Origin: Clostridiales bacterium
Lineage (GTDB): Bacteria; Bacillota; Clostridia; Oscillospirales; UBA644
DNA length: 64,000 bases
Direction of reading: 5' to 3'
Assembly (NCBI GenBank): GCA_016281915.1
Contig: JAEEJO010000069.1
Span: 26,990 to 90,989, forward strand
Shown here: positions 60,125 to 64,000 of the stretch, piece after piece
Numbering within the stretch: position 1 is the stretch's first letter
Layout of the letters: each line of letters begins with the position of its first letter
Program-made: the position numbers and the translations under genes
The notes under the pieces: model-generated
The model's database searches: none
What the model saw: only the letters and a program-made list of their open reading frames with translations
Told to the model about the DNA's origin: nothing

Positions 60125-60378
60125 TTACTCAGCTTGTTTCTCCTTGTTTTTTCGGGAACGGGGTCGTAGCCTCCCTTGCAAAGCGGATTACAGCGCAGAA
60201 TTCTCCATAACGAAAGAAAAAACCCCCTTATAAAACCGTGAATCCTGAACGCTTCGATCGCATACTCCGAGCAGGTCGGAGTAAATCGGCAACACGGGGG
60301 TTTGAACGGTGAAATATTATTTCTGTATATTCTGATCAGCGCGACAGCCGCTCTGGCAGGGATCTGCCTCAGTTTCAT
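60109..60378 (-). CDS. yidD: membrane protein insertion efficiency factor YidD
   Basis: [14 protein letters not shown] signature. Confidence 0.85.
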   Translation of the reverse strand: MKLRQIPARAAVALIRIYRNNISPFKPPCCRFTPTCSEYAIEAFRIHGFIRGFFLSLWRILRCNPLCKGGYDPVPEKTRRNKLSKWKVF

Positions 60379-60727
60379 TTTGCTCCTGATTCCGTGCGAT
60401 TATGCCCGCTTTTTCGAAGGCGCGGACAAGATCGCGTTTTACTTCATCCATCAGAACGAAAGGGGTTTTCGTTCGCGCAACGAGCACGATATCGTAATAA
60501 CCCGCAAGATCGGGTTCAAGCAGCCGGTATGCTTCCCTCATAAGTCTTCTCGCGCGGTTTCTGTGAACTGCGTTTCCGATTTTTTTTGCGGTTGTGAGAC
60601 CCAATTGATTTACCGACTGTTTGTTTTTACGGTAGTATACAACAACTGTGGGCATCGCAACGGATGCGCCCTTTCTGTAAAGATACCGAAATACCCTGTC
60701 GTCCCTGATAGATTTCGTATATTTCAT
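60317..60727 (-). CDS. rnpA: ribonuclease P protein component
   Basis: [26 protein letters not shown] motif. Conserved position after rpmH. Confidence 0.9.
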   Translation of the reverse strand: MKYTKSIRDDRVFRYLYRKGASVAMPTVVVYYRKNKQSVNQLGLTTAKKIGNAVHRNRARRLMREAYRLLEPDLAGYYDIVLVARTKTPFVLMDEVKRDLVRAFEKAGIIARNQEQNETEADPCQSGCRADQNIQK

Positions 60728-60736
60728 TTTAACCGA

Positions 60737-60871
60737 TCACAGCGTAAGCTGTTTTCTGCCTCTCGCGCGTCTTCTCGCGAGAACTTTTCTGCCGTTGGCA
60801 GTTTTCATTCTTTTACGGAAGCCGTGAACCTTGCTTCTCTGCCTTTTTTTGGGCTGATATGTTCTTAACAT
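60737..60871 (-). CDS. rpmH: 50S ribosomal protein L34
   Basis: [55 protein letters not shown]. The track ORF start (60988) is an upstream over-extension. Confidence 0.95.
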   Translation of the reverse strand: MLRTYQPKKRQRSKVHGFRKRMKTANGRKVLARRRARGRKQLTL

Positions 60872-61176
60872 TCTTACCGAACCTCCTTTTCCGGGGTCTT
60901 CACATATATGCTCCTGCCGCCCTTCAGGAAAACGAGGGCAGATTTTGAGCGTCAATATATTATAATACATTTCAACGCGAATTGTCAATAGCGAAAATTC
61001 GTTTTTTAAATTTTTTTCGAAAATTATCTCAAATAAGAAAAATGCACTTGATTATCGGCTGTTTTTATGTTATAATGCTATATATATTTATATTTTATAT
61101 AATAAAAATAATAACGGAAAAACGTTGCGTTATCTGCCGACCGCTTCCGTTAAATAATATGCAGGAGATGACAATC

Positions 61177-62511
61177 ATGAAAGCCTTTGAAAATTTATGG
61201 GCTGCTGCCGTGGAGCGGCTTTCAGAGCATATCAGCAAACAGGCGATGGATCTGTGGATACGTCCGATCATCCCCGTTTCCTATGTTGATTTCTGCGCTG
61301 TCCTGCTCGTTGATTCTTCGTTTCAGAGAGATATCATAATGTCAAAATACAAAGACCTGATAAACTCCGTTCTTACCGAGATGGTCGGTTTTGACATGTC
61401 AATAAACGTTATCACGCCCGAAGAGCGCACATCGTCCACACCGCTGAAAAAGCCCGAGGCACCGAAGATAGAGATAGAAAGCCTTGTTGAACCGATATAC
61501 CCCGAATATACGTTCAGCACTTTCGTTGTGGGCGAATCGAACAAGCACGCATACGCCGCATGCAGCGCAGTAGCAAAAAATCCCGCAAAAGCATATAACC
61601 CTCTTTTCATTTACGGCAACACCGGTCTTGGAAAAACTCACCTTCTCAAAGCGATTCGCAATGAGATCGCCGTGAATTTTCCTACTTATAAAACAATATA
61701 TATTACCGGTGAGGAATTCACGAACGAGCTGATAGAAAACATCAGAAACAAAACTATGCCCGAATTCAAAAACAAATACAGAAGCATAGACGTTCTTTTT
61801 GTAGACGATATTCAGTTCATAGCCAATAAAGATTCGACGCAGGAAGAGTTTTTCTATACCTTCAACGCTCTTTACGAGTCAAACAAGCAGATCGTTCTTG
61901 CGTCCGACCGTCCGCCCAGAGATATCGCTCTTCTTGAAAACAGACTTCGTTCGCGCTTCGAAATGGGAATCATTACCGATATCTATCTTCCCGAATACGA
62001 GCTCAAAGTTGCCATCATAAAACAGAAAGCCGCCACTTACGGTCTCGAGCTTCCCGACGATGTTGTTGATTTTATCGCAATGAAGATAAAAAACAACATC
62101 CGTCAGATAGAAGGCGTGCTCAAAAAGATAATGGCGTTTCAGCTTATTTCCAATCTTCCGCCTTCGATATCGGTTGCAAGCAGCGCAGTAAAGGACATAA
62201 CAAGCGAAAACGAGCCTGCTCCGGTTGTTTTTGACAAGGTTATAAAAGAGATAAGCCGTGAGTTCAACGTTTCCGAAGAAGACATAATGAGCAAAAAACG
62301 TATGGAAGCGATCACTTTTGCAAGACAGATCGCCATGTACGTTATGAGAGAAGTCACAGATCTTTCTCTTCCCGAGATCGGACAGACTTTTAACGGAAGA
62401 GACCATTCTACCGTCCATCACGCCGTTCATAAAATAGATGAAAAGATAAAAACGAATCCGGCTCTGAAGGCAAGGATAGATTCCGTTATCAAAAACGTAA
62501 AAGAGCTGTGA
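61177..62511 (+). CDS. dnaA: chromosomal replication initiator protein DnaA
   Basis: MKAFENLW start 9 nt after AGGAG. AAA+ GNTGLGKTHL, DDIQF, and a C-terminal DnaA-box-binding domain (HSTVHHAVHKI). The track ORF start (60982) runs through an AT-rich promoter region. Confidence 0.95.
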   Translation: MKAFENLWAAAVERLSEHISKQAMDLWIRPIIPVSYVDFCAVLLVDSSFQRDIIMSKYKDLINSVLTEMVGFDMSINVITPEERTSSTPLKKPEAPKIEIESLVEPIYPEYTFSTFVVGESNKHAYAACSAVAKNPAKAYNPLFIYGNTGLGKTHLLKAIRNEIAVNFPTYKTIYITGEEFTNELIENIRNKTMPEFKNKYRSIDVLFVDDIQFIANKDSTQEEFFYTFNALYESNKQIVLASDRPPRDIALLENRLRSRFEMGIITDIYLPEYELKVAIIKQKAATYGLELPDDVVDFIAMKIKNNIRQIEGVLKKIMAFQLISNLPPSISVASSAVKDITSENEPAPVVFDKVIKEISREFNVSEEDIMSKKRMEAITFARQIAMYVMREVTDLSLPEIGQTFNGRDHSTVHHAVHKIDEKIKTNPALKARIDSVIKNVKEL

Positions 62512-62527
62512 TGCCGTTTGAACACTG

Positions 62528-62790
62528 TTATCAACACGTTTCCACATTTTTAACAGCCTGACAGAAAAATTATCCACAGTTAAATACAAAATCTTTCCAC
62601 AACGTCCACAGTTTCAAACGCGAAAATCTGATTTTCGGTAATACGATAATTATCCACACTCCGTAAAATATCGGCAAACGTATGATATTTTAATAAAAAA
62701 TCATCTTTTCCACCGTTTGAGCACATACTACATACTATTACAAAAATAATAATACTTTATCTGTTATTTAATACAGACCGAAAAGGAGGA
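62528..62790 (+). other. oriC: oriC: DnaA-box cluster plus AT-rich unwinding region in the dnaA-dnaN spacer
   Basis: Perfect TTATCCACA at 62570-62578 and 62650-62658. Degenerate boxes are TTATCAACA 62528, GTTTCCACA 62538, CTTTCCACA 62593, ACGTCCACA 62602 and TTTTCCACC 62706, all in the same orientation. These are followed by a highly AT-rich tract at 62680-62790. Confidence 0.8.
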
Positions 62791-62794
62791 CCTT

Positions 62795-63904
62795 ATGAAT
62801 TTTTCATGTGACAGAACGATGCTGTATGAGACTTTCAGCATAGTCTCAAGAAGCATTCCGGCAAAAAACGCCCTTCCCGTGCTTTCATGCTTTCTTATAA
62901 ATGCCTCAGAAGACGGAAATATTACCGTTTCGGGCTTTGATATGGATCTCGGTATAACCACCACCGTTTCAGGCGATGTTTCCGTTCCAGGTACGGTTGC
63001 GGTAGACGCCAAAATGCTGCTTGACATTATAAGAAGCATGGGCCCCGATTACGTCAATTTTGCCGAAAACGACAATAAAACCATCACGGTAAAGGGAGGA
63101 AAGACTGAATATATCCTTCCTATTATGGATGCCGAAACGTATCCCGAAAGACCGTCGGCTATAGGCTGCGAATATATCACCGTAGAGCAGAAAATGCTTC
63201 ATTCCGTTATCAGACAGACCGTTTTTGCAGCATCTCAAAGCGACGTGAAAGGCGTTTACACAGGCGCGTTTTTCAATATTCACGACGGAATCCTCGAAGT
63301 TGTCTGCACAGACTCTTTCCGTTTTGCGATGAGAAAAGAAAAATACGAAAGCGATAAAGATATTTCGTTCCTTTGTCAGGGAAGAGTGCTCGGTGAGCTT
63401 ATAAAAATAATGAAAAACGAAGACGGCGAAGTAAAAATAGGCCTTACGGGACGTCATATCGTTTTTGAATTTGACAATACCGTCATGATATCCAGACTTG
63501 TTGACGGCGCATATATGAATTATTCCACAATCATACCGAAATCTTTCAAATATTCCGTAACTGTAAAAACGGAAGAGATAAAAAAGGCTGTTGAGAGAGC
63601 TTCGGTACTCATAAATGAAAAAATGAAGGCTCCGGTAAGAATAAGTCTTGAAACAAACAGGATTTTCATTACCTGCAAAACGCCCGACGGACACAGCTTT
63701 GACGACGAGATAATCACTCAGACAAACGGCGGACCGATAGAGATAGGCGTAAACAACAGAAACCTTCTTACCGTGCTTGCGGCGTGTGAGTGCGAAGAAG
63801 TGACGATGAATCTCAATTCGCCTCTTTCGTCTATCTGCTTTCTTCCCAAAGAAGGAGATTCTTTCCTTTTCCTTCTCGCGCCGATGAGACTCAACACAAA
63901 GTAA
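62795..63904 (+). CDS. dnaN: DNA polymerase III beta sliding clamp
   Basis: 369 aa with three-domain clamp similarity. RBS AAAGGAGGA. Conserved dnaA-dnaN synteny. Confidence 0.93.
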   Translation: MNFSCDRTMLYETFSIVSRSIPAKNALPVLSCFLINASEDGNITVSGFDMDLGITTTVSGDVSVPGTVAVDAKMLLDIIRSMGPDYVNFAENDNKTITVKGGKTEYILPIMDAETYPERPSAIGCEYITVEQKMLHSVIRQTVFAASQSDVKGVYTGAFFNIHDGILEVVCTDSFRFAMRKEKYESDKDISFLCQGRVLGELIKIMKNEDGEVKIGLTGRHIVFEFDNTVMISRLVDGAYMNYSTIIPKSFKYSVTVKTEEIKKAVERASVLINEKMKAPVRISLETNRIFITCKTPDGHSFDDEIITQTNGGPIEIGVNNRNLLTVLAACECEEVTMNLNSPLSSICFLPKEGDSFLFLLAPMRLNTK

Positions 63905-63907
63905 TCC

Positions 63908-64000
63908 ATGATCCTTAAATCGCTTGAGCTGAAAAACTTCAGAAATATCCCGTATGCAAAAGCGGAATTTGAAGACGGCGTTAATATTCTTTACGGAAAA
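63908..64000 (+). CDS. recF: DNA replication/repair protein RecF (N-terminal fragment, truncated by window end)
   Basis: MILKSLELKNFRNIPYAKAEFEDGVNILYGK is a typical RecF N-terminus leading into Walker A. Confidence 0.75.
   Translation, partial: MILKSLELKNFRNIPYAKAEFEDGVNILYGK

Noticed and set aside
60872-61176. Upstream extensions of rpmH (to 60988) and dnaA (from 60982)
   Set aside because: Both run through the AT-rich divergent promoter region. L34 and DnaA similarity begin at MLRTYQPKK (60871) and MKAFENLW (61177), each with a good RBS.
60989-61176. A second DnaA-box cluster upstream of dnaA (bipartite origin as in Bacillus)
   Set aside because: Only weak matches are present (TTATCTCAA, TTATCGGCT, TTATCTGCC, each with at least 2 mismatches). 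The consensus boxes are all in the dnaA-dnaN spacer, so I do not call an upstream box cluster.

Overview
This 64-kb window is a chromosomal segment spanning the replication origin of a Firmicutes genome, probably Clostridia-like with mid GC (lineage is inferred from gene content and order only). The right end carries the canonical origin block. On the - strand it reads rpmH-rnpA-yidD-yidC-jag-mnmE, followed on the + strand by dnaA, a DnaA-box/AT-rich oriC spacer, dnaN and the start of recF. parS-parA-parB-serS lie about 10 kb to the left. The rest is mostly housekeeping: thrS, secA, rsmG, comM, murE, an ffs-dnaX-ybaB-recR-mrnC block, rpmB, an L10 leader with rplJ-rplL, and a long purL-rdgB-yhbY-nadD/yqeK-rsfS-leuS operon. 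Further housekeeping genes are mtaB, pepF, prs, rsmA and prfB. Several accessory insertions interrupt this. One is a self-contained MmeI-family Type IIL restriction-modification gene (4994-7795). Another is an AT-rich BspA/DUF285 leucine-rich-repeat lipoprotein gene bracketed by 81-bp direct repeats, one of which is an in-frame 3' gene remnant. There is also a GH29 fucosidase plus FAD-oxidoreductase pair, and a LytTR/DUF3021 module with AgrA-style 9-bp direct repeats. The feature I could not assign to any known family is a pair of tandem 103-nt units at 29640-29851. They have long closing stems and are rich in GGA/SD-like motifs (CU-rich on the opposite strand), and they sit directly behind an aldo/keto reductase gene. 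Other points worth a second look are two perfect parS sites (one inside a CDS), an off-origin triplet of DnaA-box-like sites, and two SIS-domain paralogs sitting where rpoBC normally follows rplL. Also notable are an unannotated 43-aa membrane ORF, a short 4.5S-type SRP RNA, and weak gene-strand bias for an origin-proximal Firmicutes region. All calls come from reading the sequence and ORF translations. No database searches were run.
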